Translations under genes and position numbers: made by a program | Part shown: piece by piece, positions 35,110 to 48,400 of the stretch | How the letters are laid out: the number at the start of each line of letters is the position of its first letter | How positions within the stretch are numbered: the stretch's first letter is position 1 | Source: Marsupella aquatica | Taxonomy: Eukaryota > Plantae > Marchantiophyta | DNA: 64,000 bases | Direction: 5' to 3' | NCBI GenBank assembly: GCA_973895155.1 | Contig: OZ316892.1 | Span: 12,464,238 to 12,528,237, forward strand | Notes under the pieces: generated by a model | Told to the model about the DNA's origin: nothing | Database searches by the model: none | What the model saw: only the letters and a program-made list of their open reading frames with translations

Positions 35110-38100
35110 ATGGCTCAGCTCCAGCCGGTCGGCAAGAAGGACGACGATCGAGAGGACGATTGTACGAGTCGCTGCCTTTTCCTACTCCTTCTATCGTCTC
35201 TTATCTTATCTTCTCGTCTCGTCCCGTTGCGTTGCGTCGCGTCGTTTTGTCGATGCAGCTGGTTAGGTTTAGATCTGCTTGTTGTGGTCGGCTGCTTCTG
35301 CCACCTCCTTGACTGGGCGTTGGAGTTCGCTCTGTTGTTGTAGCATTCTAGATCGTGGTTAAACTCATGATGCTTACGATAATGCTGGACTGATCCGATC
35401 CGATCCGATCTGATCTGTCTCTGTTCCACCCGGATCCATTTGTTATAGAAGTGTGTGACTCGTCCGATCAGGTGAAAGATGATGCGGACGGTATAACATA
35501 GACAGAGAGACAGACGAATTATGCTGCAGCTTTTAAGTCACAGTAGTAAGAAGTAGTAAAGTAGTGAAGAAGGGACGTGATTAAGTGTTAAGGCGATGGA
35601 AATTATTGACACCGAGCAATCAAAATGATCTAGAAATATGTCAATGTGCTTAAACATTGTATCACTGATACGTGTCGACTGGAGCCAAAATATCGTCGAG
35701 GAATCAGGGCATTCAATGGTATGATTATTTCAAACTGAGGAGCCAATTCTCCTTGGTACTTGCGGATCCATTCCTGAAATGTGGAAATCTTTTCTTTCCG
35801 ATGTCCAGCTGAGTACTCTCCATTCTTTGGTATCGAGAAAGGAGCTGTTCTACAAGAAGCGCGCGTTTTCAATGACCCACAGCTTGATGCCAGGAGATGT
35901 GCACAGGTTAGCATGAATAACCCTTGCCACACGTTCATTTTGCTATCCAGGAAGGGTCCATTTTGGTCTGGAACTTAATTTGTCAGCGTGGCGTTATCGA
36001 TGCAGGTCATTACAAAGCTACTGTATCTCTTAAATCAAGGGGAAACTTTCACTAAGGTGAGTGAGCTTTTGATTTTCTCCGAAACTGTGGTCATCAGAAG
36101 CTGGGGTCGTTGTCTATCAATGCGTGTCCCAGAAACATATGTAGATCGCGACTTCTGGATCACTGAATCGTTATTCCACCATCTGCAGAACGAGTCAACG
36201 GAGGTCTTCTTCGCAGTCACGAAGCTCTTTCAGTCCAAAGATATCGGCCTCAGGCGAATGGTGTATCTTATCATTAAGGAGATATCTCCGTCGAGTGATG
36301 AAGTGAGTAAATTTTCATTCTGGGAATTGCTTTTTTATCACCGGAAGAGCTGGAAAGTAACCTCGTATCTCAGCCTTACCAATCCAGTCTTGATAATGCA
36401 GGTCATTATTGTCACTAGCTCCTTGATGAAGGATATGAACAGCAAGACAGATCTGTACCGAGCCAATGCAATCCGGGTTCTTTGCAAGATCACCGATGGA
36501 GGACTCTTAGGGCAGATCGAGCGCTATCTTAAGCAGGCCGTGGTAGACAAGAATCCGGTTGTGTCTAGCGCGGCTCTTGTGAGCGGATTTCACCTTCTTC
36601 AGGTGCCATGCCCCTACGCAAGGATTTTCTCGATCTCGTTGGCTTCTTGAATGCGCAGTACCGCACCCGGTGGGCAGTGCCTGAGTCTTGAATTTTGGGC
36701 TGACTGTAATTGCAGAGCAACCCAGACATCGTGAAAAGATGGAGTAACGAGGTGCAAGAGGCAGTTCAGGCCAAAACCTCTCTCGTCCAGTTCCATGCCC
36801 TTGCCTTATTACATCAGGTGCGCGTACTTACATTTCTCTACGCCCATGGATTGTTCCTGAGTTCTAGGTTTCTCTTTCGTTCAGTCGACAAAATGTGAGA
36901 CCGCTTACATTTGTTGTATTGCTTTTCAGATTCGGCAGAATGATCGTTTGGCTGTGAGCAAGTTGGTCACGAGCCTCACTAGGGGAACTGTTCGTTCACC
37001 GTTGGCGCAATGTCTTCTCATTCGCTACACATGCCAGGCAAACTCCCTTTCGAAAGGCACCGGTTGATTTTCGTGAATTTTTCAGTTTTTGCAGCCAAGA
37101 AGGCTATAGCCCTAACATTTCCTTGATCAATCCCAGGTAATCGAGGAATCATCGCCAAATACGCAGTCAACTGATAGGCCTTTCTACGATTATCTGGAAG
37201 GTTGCTTGCGGCATAAAGCAGAAATGGTTATATTTGAAGCAGCACGAGCAATCACAGAGCTCACTGGTGTGACTAGCCGAGAGCTTACCCCCGCAATTAC
37301 CGTTTTGCAACTCTTTTTAAGCTCATCGAAGCCAGTGATGCGCTTTGCTGCTGTTCGCACCCTTAACAAGGTAGGCAAGGTTGCCTTCCTGTGAAAAGTT
37401 TAACAAATATCCAATCATTTCATCAGTGAGGGCATGCAACTAGGCTGGTCTGCTGCCAAAGCCCGTCTCAATTTGTGGTCCTCCCTCAGTGGATTTATCG
37501 GGACCAGAAGTATGTTCTCCACAGAACTGATCTCTAAGTTATGTTGGGATGGTGTTGTAGGTGGCCATGACTCACCCTCTTGCTGTGGCTAATTGCAACA
37601 TTGATATGGAAAGCCTGATATCTGATCAGAATCGCAGTATCGCAACCCTAGCGATAACCACTCTGTTGAAAACTGGAAGCGAGTCCAGTGTTGACAGACT
37701 CATGAAGCAGATTACAAACTTCATGTCAGATATTGCGGATGAGTTCAAGATAGTCGTTGTAGAAGCGATTCAGTCTCTGTGCCTCAAGTTTCCTCAGAAA
37801 TACCGCATCTTGTAAGTATGATATAATTTTCATACAAGTCATCTGTTGTGGACCAATAGCAACTCCATCTGGTTGTGTCTATTTGAGATTAACCATGCTT
37901 TACTGCTGCAGGATGAATTTCTTGAGCAATATTCTGAGAGAAGAAGGTGGTTTTGACTATAAAAAGGCAATTGTTGACTCGATACTCATTCTCATAAGGG
38001 AGATTCCTGAGGCGAAGGAGAGTGGCCTATCTCACCTGTGTGAATTCATTGAGGATTGTGAGTTTACTTATCTATCAACTCAGGTAAGATCTTCTCTTCT

Positions 38101-41100
38101 TACATTTGCAGAAAGATGTGATGAACACGTGCTGCACGGTTGCCTTGTAGTCCGTCAGGAAGAATATCGGTCGAAATGTTGCTTCCAGTGAGGTCAAGCG
38201 CAATACATTAGTCAATAGAAGCAAGGGTACCTGACTCAGCAGCATGATGTTTTGGTGGGTTGTTAGATCCTGCATCTTCTTGGCAACGAAGGTCCGAAAA
38301 CCTCCGACCCAAGCAAATACATTCGGTATATATACAATCGTGTTGTACTTGAAAATGCTACTGTACGTGCAAGTGCTGTCAGTGCTCTTGCAAAGTTTGG
38401 AGCTGTTGTGGAGTCACTACGGGTGAGTTTTGACACTTGCAATGCGTCGCCAGTTTGTAAAAAAGTAAATTGCTTGAGTGGATCATTTGAGGTTGCAGCG
38501 ATTGTGCAGTCCTTGTGAATTGTTTTTGAGGATGTTGACTAGTGACACTGGCAAATGTTTCCCTGTCCTTTTGTGCAGCCCCGTATCCTGGTCCTGATTC
38601 GGAGATGTCTATATGATAACGACGATGAGGTGCAGTGAGAACCGACATCCGTGCTTTCTATAAAGTTCAGATGTTTTGTCGGTCAGAAGTGATGCCTTGT
38701 CAAGTTGTGGCTAATATTCAGGCATAGAGTATCGGGAATGTCCATACTAAAGAAGGGACGGACATCCTCGAAACTGGCCTGCTAAGTTTTGTCGACTTAT
38801 CCTACATAAAAGGAGGTTAATTGGGCGTTGAAAGCTTGATATAATGACATTATCCCAGCTGCTATGCCCAACAGGCTAATTTGTTAGTGTTTTTCCCTTC
38901 TTTGGTGGCAGGTGCGGGATAGAGCAACATTATACTTGAACTTTGTCGGAGAAGCAGAAGATGGGACTCTCAGCAAAGACATTCTTTTTGAAGATCTGGA
39001 TGTTCCACTTGCAAACTTGGAAGCCAGCTTGCAAGCATACGTGAGTCCTTATCCATGATTCATCAATGTGTTACCTACAATCCAACAAAAGAGACAGATT
39101 CCTAAGAACTAAAATGTCTGTCTCTTTTGGCATGACAGGATGCTGTTGAGAGACCATTTGATATGTCAGCTGTGTCCAAAGAACTGAAGAACCAACCCTT
39201 ACTTGATAAGAATACGCCAGCAAGTAGGAAAGCCATGAAGGATGCTGCTCCTAAAGTAACTGCGAATGGTCATCATACCAGTGCCTCGGATGCATATGAA
39301 AGACTGCTGAATGCTATTCCCGAATTTTCTGGTTTTGGCAAGCTGTTCAAGGTAATTTTTCGAGAACTCTCGCTGTTCTGGCTTTTTCTCGGTTCGATCG
39401 TAAGAATGCGATTTTTAGATATGAAGTTCGTTGACAATCAGTCGAGAAGATCGTTCATGATAAATGAAACTAGTGAAAATTTTAGAGTCTGGTATTATTG
39501 CCTTGTTACTAATGTGCTTACTGTTGATGCAGTCATCACAAGCTGTCGATCTTACAGAAGCAGAAATTGAGTATGGGGTGACTGCTGTGAAGCACGTCTA
39601 TCCTAAGCATGTGTTGTTTCAATTCAACTGCACCAACACGATCAAGGAGCAGGTCCTAGAAAATGTAATGTCTCCGCCCTTTTTAGCCCCCTTCATTTCA
39701 CTGCACGAGGAGAACCTCAGAGTCATCTGAGTATGCACATTATGATGTCCCTAGACGGTCTCTGATTGCATGTTGTATAAGAGCGTCTTACGGCATCAGT
39801 CATGGACGAGCTTTCTTACCTGTGGTGCTGTGCATCACTTTTTGCAACTTGATTGTTGCCTCTACAATATAGAATTATCGGGATACAGCGACGGGACTAA
39901 TCTGTACGTGCTCAGTTACTAATTGCCGTCTCTTGGTTTTCAACAGGTGCATGTTATGATGGATGCGACTGAGGCACCGGATTTCATTCTAGAAAAGTCA
40001 AAGAGTTTGGCCTCTTTACCATATGGCACAGCAGGACAAGTATTTGTGGCATTTCAAAGACCGGAGGGGTTAGTGTCTGTGGGCAAGTTCGCTAACACCC
40101 TGAAGTTCATTGTGAAAGAGGTGCGTTCCTGTTGATTTGTGTTTCCACTCTGGTTTGTCTGTGATTCGAATTTGGGTTATGAGGCTTTTTAGTTTAATTT
40201 AGAGCCAAGGAATGTTCAAAATCTCATGTTTTCATGTTTGATAGTGTCAATTAGCTACAGTCAACAAAAATTCAACAAATTGTTTCGTTAAGTTTTTTGT
40301 GTATAATGAGAGGGTGGTTTTCTACCAAATCAATGTCAGATTCGTATATATCTGTTATGCTAGTCGTCGAGTCTCTTTCAAAGTTTTCACATCAGGGACA
40401 GCTGACGTTTGCAACGATACAAGGAAACTGTTTGCCTTCGGGGTTATGTCTCCAATCACCAATTGACATAATATTTTGACATCAGGTTGACCCAAGCTCT
40501 GGGGAAGCGGAGGAAGATGGTTATGAGGATGATTTTCAGCTGGAAGAAGTCGAAGTAAGTTGGTTGTAGTGTTGAGGTTGAAAGTGGCCTATAGAGTACT
40601 TATAGAGGCTTATGATAAACTCGGGTTTTCCTTCATTATGTGAATTCTTTGTTATTTTGTAAAAATGCATGCCTAAATCTACCTGCCACTGTACGATCAA
40701 CAGAGTACCATGTTATTTCCTACGGTATTTTTCTGGTTGCCCTGGTTAATAACTCGCTCCCGGGTGGCATTCGTTTGTATTGGTTATAGTCGTGGACCAC
40801 TGACATCTTTACTGATCTGAATAAACTTTCAGGGCTTACAACTGTAACACCTGCTGACTTTCATTTGTTCTGGTGAAGCATTATTTATGGCAAAACCTTA
40901 ACCTTCTTGCTACGGAGTCTACAGTGTAAAGGCTAGACTCCTTAGCAAGAACATTTAGGTACCTGAGGTGGCACCAACGGTATCTCCATTTGCTGGCCAT
41001 GAAATCGAAAAATACGATGGGAGTCAGTAATATATGATCATTCTAGGTTTTGTATCTAATTGGTAAGTTTATCTGGCCAGGTGACTGCAGCGGATTACAT

Positions 41101-41588
41101 TCTGAAGATAGGAGTATCCAACTTCAAAGGTGCATGGGAGGCCTTAGACGCAGAATTTGAGAAAGTTGAGGAGTACGAGTTTGGAATAAGAGAGAATCTC
41201 CAGGAGGCCGTGCAGGCAGTCATCACTGTTCTTGGCATGCAACCGTGTGAAGTAAGCAGTTTTAAACTTCGTCCTAAAAGTTATATTTTGCATCGAAAGT
41301 GGTGGTAGGATTGCTCGTCGAATAAATTGACGATTGTTGATCATCTTGAGTCATAAATCCTTATGACTTTACTGTTTTTGGTCTTGGATACAGGGTACAG
41401 AGACTGTGCCAAGCAATGCAAGATCCCACACTTGCTTGTTGGCAGGGCAGTTCATAGGTGGAATCGAAGTGTTAGTAAGATTGTCATTTGGCATTGACTC
41501 TCAAAAGTGTGTAGCAATGAGGCTTGCAGTGAGGTCGGAAGATCAAACTGTAAGTGAAGTAATCCATGATATCATAGGCAATGCTTAA
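35110..41588 (+). CDS. COPG: Coatomer subunit gamma (about 19 exons)
   Basis: [40 protein letters not shown]…[13 protein letters not shown]…[16 protein letters not shown]…[14 protein letters not shown]…[26 protein letters not shown]…LGMQPCEGT…[23 protein letters not shown] matches plant gamma-COP from N- to C-terminus across canonical introns (one GC-AG). Confidence 0.97.
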
Positions 41589-43325
41589 GCGAGCAGCAAT
41601 TGGCACAACCTCTTCGGGTGCTTCTCCTTTTTGTATTTGAGCTTCTGCCAGAGGTGCCATTGATTAGAATTCATTTTTTTCAACACTTCCCGGAAAATAG
41701 TAGTGTACTACCAGTGGAGTACATCAGAATGGTAGCTCAAGTATAGAAGCCCACTCAGTGGTTAACTCGGGATTTTCATGTTCAAGAATCGTTGTATGTA
41801 GCCTAGTGAGGCTGTGACAGACATTCCTCACTAAATTTCAGGTGAGTAAAGTAGATATCTCTTCCTAGGTGGTGGTAAGGCCTGATATGTAGCGTGGTAT
41901 CTGACCATGACATCTCTACAGTATTGGATATTAGAGTCGACGAGCATGGAAAGCATTCTTTCTATGATTGTCAAGCCGTGAGGCAGCTGTGTTGTGACCG
42001 GTTCACTTGTTTTGTCAAAACGTAGAATGCCAACATTGCGTAGGTCTGGTGACTGAAGAATTGAACTGAAACTCGGCATCGTCTTCATGGGGAGAGCTTG
42101 TGTGAGCACCCACGAGTCACGGCCTGCCCAGCGAATGTTACTAGGACACTATCCACGTTTCTGGATTAGATTTTTCTGAGTGTATGTCCACATGGTCTCG
42201 TCGCAGACGCTTGTAATATAATACTAAAGAGGTTTGCGTGGGCCACTCTCGCTTGCATCCCAGTGACAGTAGATTAGACCTGAGCTAGTATTGTTAGTTC
42301 GGTAACTACTTGAGAGGTCTGTGTGGACCACTGTGTCTTGTATCTTGTGATGGTAGAATAGACCTGAGCTAGCCAAATGGACGATGATAAGTTGCCAAGT
42401 ACTCTTTAGTTTAGTAACTGGCGTTACGACATAATGTTCCACAGCTTGGAGCGTTGGAATTGGATGGAAGACTAACGATTTGCATCTTAATGATAGCACT
42501 GGTTCTAAGATCTTGCAATTTAGAGTCTTGATCGCGAGCACGTCTAGCAGTATGCTTCAATTGCATGATCCAGACCGCGGATTGGGGGCAACTAGAGGCC
42601 CCGACACCACCTGTAAAGCCCCACACGGATGTACCTTTTGGACGAAGAAATGACCACCTTCTTTGAGGCTTAGTCTTGGTTCGGACCGGAGCACGCGCGC
42701 AATACACGAACTCATTGAGAGCAGAACTTGACTACAATTGGGTGTAGCTTAAACATGCATTGGGGCAACTGCAGGGGAGTGACACCCTTGTTAGCCAAGC
42801 CCCAATCAAAGCTCCATCATTGGGTGCCATGTGGACCAAGAAATTGTTGGCAAAGGCTCGGCTCAGTCCAGGCCCAAACCTGGGCACCCGTTCAATGTCG
42901 TTCTGAGTCGAGAAACTCCTGCGAAATTGACCCTAACATTGCAATGTGATGAAGGTTCTCTCCTCCTGTGTCATCTCTGGATAGCCCTTGATGCACTGAT
43001 GGACCCCGCCCCCAAAGCAACTGCCCCTCGAGAAGATCCTCCTTCCCTCTGTTGATGCCCGAATTGGTCTTTTGATTTCTGCAACTCTATGAACTAGTTG
43101 GCGACTTGATTACACTGGAGGCTTGTCAACTAGGATACCATGGATCAGAAAGATGTGGCACGCAAGATTGTACCGAAGACTACAACAAGAGCCTGAGGAT
43201 ACAAACATGATGGGGAGCCTCCGAGCCTGGGAGCTTGGGATTGCTGCATATATGATTACATCAAGGCTAGGACTTAGGTTTCAAACACCAATATTGCAAC
43301 TAAGACTAGTGCAAAAGGTAGGCAT

Positions 43326-43554
43326 GGGCTTGAGTATTTGAATCACACCTGTCACTATAAAAGCCTCATTCCATGTCTCACTACTCACCATAAAAGGTGG
43401 AGCACTAAGCACCTTTTGTGAAGCACTTGCCAATAAAAGGGGGCTTGAGTATTTGAATCACACCTGTGACTATAAACAGCCCCATTCGATGTCTCCGTAG
43501 TCACCAAAAAGGTGGAACACTAAGCACCTTTTGTGAAGCACTTGCCAATAAAAG
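43326..43554. repeat. 115-bp tandem duplication
   Basis: GGGCTTGAGTATTTGAATCACACCTGT…CACTAAGCACCTTTTGTGAAGCACTTGCCAATAAAAG starts at 43326 and again at 43441. Confidence 0.9.
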
Positions 43555-44039
43555 ATTTTGCACTCACCACCTTTTGTGGAGATCAAAGTACATTCCTGAA
43601 CCTGTGCACTTTACAATGAGAGCTATGGGTAACTGTAGCCGGGCAGTTGTGGTTTAAATAATGCACTTCTGGTCAAAAATCATATGATAAGTAGTTGAGT
43701 TGGGATTTGAAATAAGGGACCCACCTTTTAGGGGACTCGGAACAATCATCAAGAAGAGTGCTAAGAGTGCTACTGTAAAAGTTGTTAGGAAGAAGAAGTT
43801 ACAAAAAGATGGAACTGGTTAGGTTAAAGAAAATAAGTGATAAATTGTATTATGCAGAATAATTATCAAATTTAGTATTGACCTAACCATGACTAAAAAA
43901 GTGACAAGATGATTATTATTTTTAAAAGTGTAAAGACTGCTAAATTCGAGTTTTTCCGGCGACACGTGTAGAGAGTAATTATGATGTCGAGGGTGTCCCA
44001 GTTGTTTGTCACTTGTCCTAGTGTTATATCTGTGTGTCC

Positions 44040-44830
44040 CTGGCTCAGCTCAGGGTAGGTATGATAACCATTTCTAGAAACACTAGAAATATATATAAGA
44101 GAGATAATGTCTCATAAACATCTCTAAAAATGTACAGAAAAAGATACACGAGTCCCCAGGCCAGCTCATAACCATCTCTAAAAATACACAGAAAATGATA
44201 CACGAGTCCCCAGGCCAGGCTGCTAAAAGGGTTCCCTGGTTCACCCCAGGATAATGCCTCATAACTATTTCTAGAAAAATTTAAAATAAAAGAGGGATAA
44301 TGCCTCATAAGCATCTCAAGAAACAAAAAGGTACACACAAGTTCCTAGGTCAGGCTGGTAAAGGGTTCCATGGCTCACCCCAGGGTACTACACCGTAACC
44401 ATTTCTAGAAATACAAAGAGAAAGACCACTTTATTTTGTGCAACACATGGATATTGAGCTAGTCTTATGATACAAGCGTGAATGAACTCTACTCTTAAGG
44501 GCCTAGGGTCTGGAGTGAAGACTCTAGACTGTGACCCTTTATACAGACAAAAGTGATAATGAGTCTCAAGAGAAAAAAACTTTAAAAGAGGATGGACAAA
44601 AAGCAAGGATGAGGCAAAGATTAATTGAAATGGCATAGAAATTGTATCATGCAAGATTGTGTTTACCTCCAAGGAACTGCTAATGGGGCTAATATACAAA
44701 GAAAAAAACAACACACTTTATTATGTAAGATTGTGTTTACTTTCAATGAACTGGTAATCGGGCTAGTATACAAAGAAAAATTACACTTTATTATTATGCA
44801 AGAAGATTGTGTTTACATTCAAGAAAAGAG
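44040..44830. repeat. Degenerate local repeats upstream of MTA (probably TE-derived)
   Basis: Recurring CATAACCATTTCTAGAAA / GATACACGAGTCCCCAGGCCAG / CACCCCAGG motifs at 44040-44420, and three AAGATTGTGTTTAC copies at 44650-44820. Confidence 0.65.
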
Positions 44831-45493
44831 TAATCCTTGCTAGCATACAAAACACGAGAGACAGGTTTAGGAACTCGTATGAAACGAGCACCTCCTCGTC
44901 TCTTTGAATCCTCTCTCTGTGTTGAACTCTCTCCCAAGTCTTTGGGAGCGCTTGTTCGGTTCGTCTTTTCGTTGCCAAGTGCTGGAGAATTGGAGGATGA
45001 AGCATTTTGTTGAAGCTGCGCGCAGCATCCTTCTTAGCTCTATCAATCGGCACTCGGTCTCGCTCCAAGTCGTTTCGGAGCCAGGTCGAAGCATTTCTTC
45101 TCAAGTTCCCGCGAAACAAATCTTTAGCTCGATCTTCTCACTCTGTGTGCCTCAGTGTCGTTTGCTACGACATTAGGGCTTAAGCATTCTTTCGAAACTC
45201 TTCACAGGAATCTTTGATTTACAAACAGTCTGACTGCGCACTGGCTTTTCGAACCTGCATTCGTCTTTGAATTGGGCGTACTCAAATTTCTGCAAAGATG
45301 GCTCCAGCAGTTCGCTTGAATGTTTCTGCGGCAATCGAGACTCCCGGATAGCATGGCGCTAACGCGCAACTGACTAGAATAAAGAATTTCGCCCGGTTTC
45401 TTCCCCTGTCCCGTGCGATCTCTCCTGCGGACAAGGGCCCTGGGGGACGGACAAGACTTTTGTTAGGGAGAGCCGTCACTTCGCTCGGGAAAA

Positions 45494-48400
45494 ATGGAGT
45501 TACAAGGGGAAGAGGAGAACGAAGAGATCATTCTTCTCAGAGAGCATAGGCAGCAGCTGCGTGAGAATGTTGATAATCAACAGCGTGCCCGTGACGAATT
45601 TATGAACAATCTCAGCTCCATTGTACCAGACCTTGTCGCTTCTCTTGAGCTATCTTTAAAAGTTGCGAGCTCGGTAGGAGGCCTGAATGCGAAGAGAGTG
45701 AGGACCGAGAAGCAAGGCCTTGCTAAAGTAGACGTCAAAGCCCTGGAGTATTTGAGGGGCAATGATGGCAATGGGGGAATTATGGGTGGAGGTCCCTTCA
45801 GGAATGGAACCGGTAACAGACCTGAAACCAGGGTGTTTAATCGAGGCCTTGGGAAATGCAATGGGGAGAGTGAGAACTGGTTTGGTGACAAAGTTGGGGA
45901 AACAGAGAATTGGGGGCACGAGAATTGGATACAGAACGAAGGAATTCGACTGGAAGCACTGACGTTTGTGAAGGGGATGGTTGCTGCCTGCTTGTTGGCA
46001 CCTACGACTTTTATACCTATTGATTCAAGTGGTATTCACCGGCGATTGGCAAAGGATCCCACCAAGTCTGAGAGAGATGCACTTGTAGAATTGGGTGCCC
46101 AGGGAGGGGGTGTAAGGGCTGTGGAGAAGGCTCTGAGAGCTCTCGCTGAGTCCACAAATGGGGGCGTAGAGATTGAAGAATTTGCTGTGAGTGGGAAAGC
46201 TCGGTTGATGGTTTTAGGAGTGGACCGGAACAGATTAGCAAAAGAAACCCTGGGTCTGGGCCCTCCTCCTGGTCTTCGGATGATTGGTGATCAAGGAGTA
46301 GTACCGCATATGATGGGGTTTGAGCCCAATGGTGTCCCTGTTCCCCACAATTTGGGCCCTCCTGGGCATCTGCGGCCAGATATGTGGGGTGGTGGTGGCG
46401 ACCCTCATATGCAGGGTGGCCCAGGACCTTTGCCTGGACCTGGACCACCGATTTTTCCTGGAGGTCCACCCCCTGCAATGGTACAGCGCGGCGGACCACG
46501 AGGCATGCCGGGCATGATGGGAATGCCTGGACCTCTTGGACTAGGAATGGGTTTTGGAGGAATGGCTGGTCCTTTTCAGAGGCCTCCATTAGTTCAGCAG
46601 GGGTTAGGAATAGGACCACCTGGAGTAGTAGGGAAAAGTAAGGGTGGTGATGATGATGAGATGAAAGATTTGGAGACTCTGCTCAACAAAAAGTCCTATA
46701 GAGAGTTACAGCAATCTAAGACAGGAGAGGAGCTGCTGGAGCTGCTTCACCGGCCAACTGCTAAGGAGACTGCCGTTGCAGCGAAGGTTGGTTGTTTATT
46801 AATTGAAAATTTTTCCTCCTGCTAGTTTCATTTATCTATCGTAGCAGCCCAGCATGTGGCCAAACTGACGGGGAAATTTGGTGCGTGTAGTTCAAGACAA
46901 AGGGTGGTTCCGCATTAAAGGAGTATTGCCCAGCTCTTACAAAAGAAGATTGCCGTCGGCAGAGGGGATCCTTTATGGCTTGTGAAAAGGTTTGAGTGGA
47001 ACATCCCTAGCATTCCATGAAATGCTTCTTTCAAGAGGCTAAGCGTCGTACTTTCCTACGGTCTTCAATGAGTTAATGTGGCCCATCGACTAGCTTGTGA
47101 CGATGCGATCTGTAACTCTGTTCCATATTTGTGGATTCTTGAAGCATTTTTTGACTGTCAGCAGTGCATAGTTTACTCTATCATTGAACGTTATCTATTG
47201 GGCTTACCTTTAACACTATCGATTTTATTAAGACCTCTCTTATGGTGACCTTGAATTTATTTAGGTGCACTTTCGGAGAATTATTGCACCCCACACTGAT
47301 AGCAATTTGGGGGACTGTTCTTTTCTCGACACATGCCGGCATATGAAGGTACCAAGGATATGCTTGAAGCTCCAATAGAGTTTCGCAAACCGTGCTCATC
47401 TAGAAGCTTGATGCTCTCTGTTGGTAGTTTGTAATATTCTGCCCGTCGTTGCTAACACTGTAATTAATTAAAGGTTGGTACTATTTGTTTGAGAATGTGA
47501 CAGAGGCAAAGGTTCGTTTCGGTTGCGGTGTTCTCAGGTCTTTTGATTTTGACTGTTCATTGCAGACCTGCAAGTATGTCCACTACGAGCTTGACCAAAC
47601 TCAAGATGCACAGGGCATAATGGGCGGGGTTCCGGGATTACCTGTCCCTCAGGGTTCACTTTCAAGGCCACGACGGGCAGAATATTGCTCAGACGCAGAG
47701 CTTGGAGAGCCCCAATGGATCAACTGTGATATCCGGTCATTTCGAATGGATGTTTTGGGTCAATTCGGTGTTATAATGGCAGATCCTCCTTGGGATATTC
47801 ACATGGAGTTACCGTATGGAACTATGGCTGACGATGAGATGCGCAACTTGAATGTGCCAGTTTTGCAGACAGATGGACTGATCTTTCTTTGGGTCACAGG
47901 TCGAGCTATGGAGCTCGGTCGTGAATGGTAAGTTACAGAATTCATTGACTTGAAATGCTAGTACTTGTAGCAGTTTTTACAAGTCTGACCCAGCAAGTCG
48001 CTACGCAAGCACAAGAAAATCAGTAAATGCCCGAAGAAAGATAGGAGGGCTTCATCTGTTCAGGATGAAGCCCTTGCATGAAATCAGTAAACTGGCAGAT
48101 CAGAGTTATCCTGGGGCCACATGTCATAATTGTCTCATGTAAGACTAGGCATTTTGGGGGGGGTTACTGTGTAAGCTATCGTCATCCACAACGGTCCTTG
48201 CAAAATCAGGTTGACGCTGGCAGTTTAACGTCATAGACAGGCAGATTTCTCCATACAAATAGGAGAGAATCTTTATTAGTCTTTCTTGTTTTGATATATT
48301 TTTTTAACTCGTACTTCTCCCGTGTGAAAACTTTTGGTCGGCAATTTGGGACCTGGGGTCAGTGAGATTTGCGTGTATTGCGATTTTACTGCTCGCACAG

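Noticed and set aside
41730-41775. tRNA (GGTAGCTCAAGT…)
   Set aside because: No T-arm/B-box or cloverleaf, and it lies in the gamma-COP 3' region.
42945-43000. Box C/D snoRNA (GTGATGA…CTGA)
   Set aside because: Only about 55 nt, with no terminal stem and no recognisable rRNA antisense element.
46017-46619. 200-aa antisense ORF
   Set aside because: It is the shadow of the GC-rich Gly/Pro coding region of MTA.
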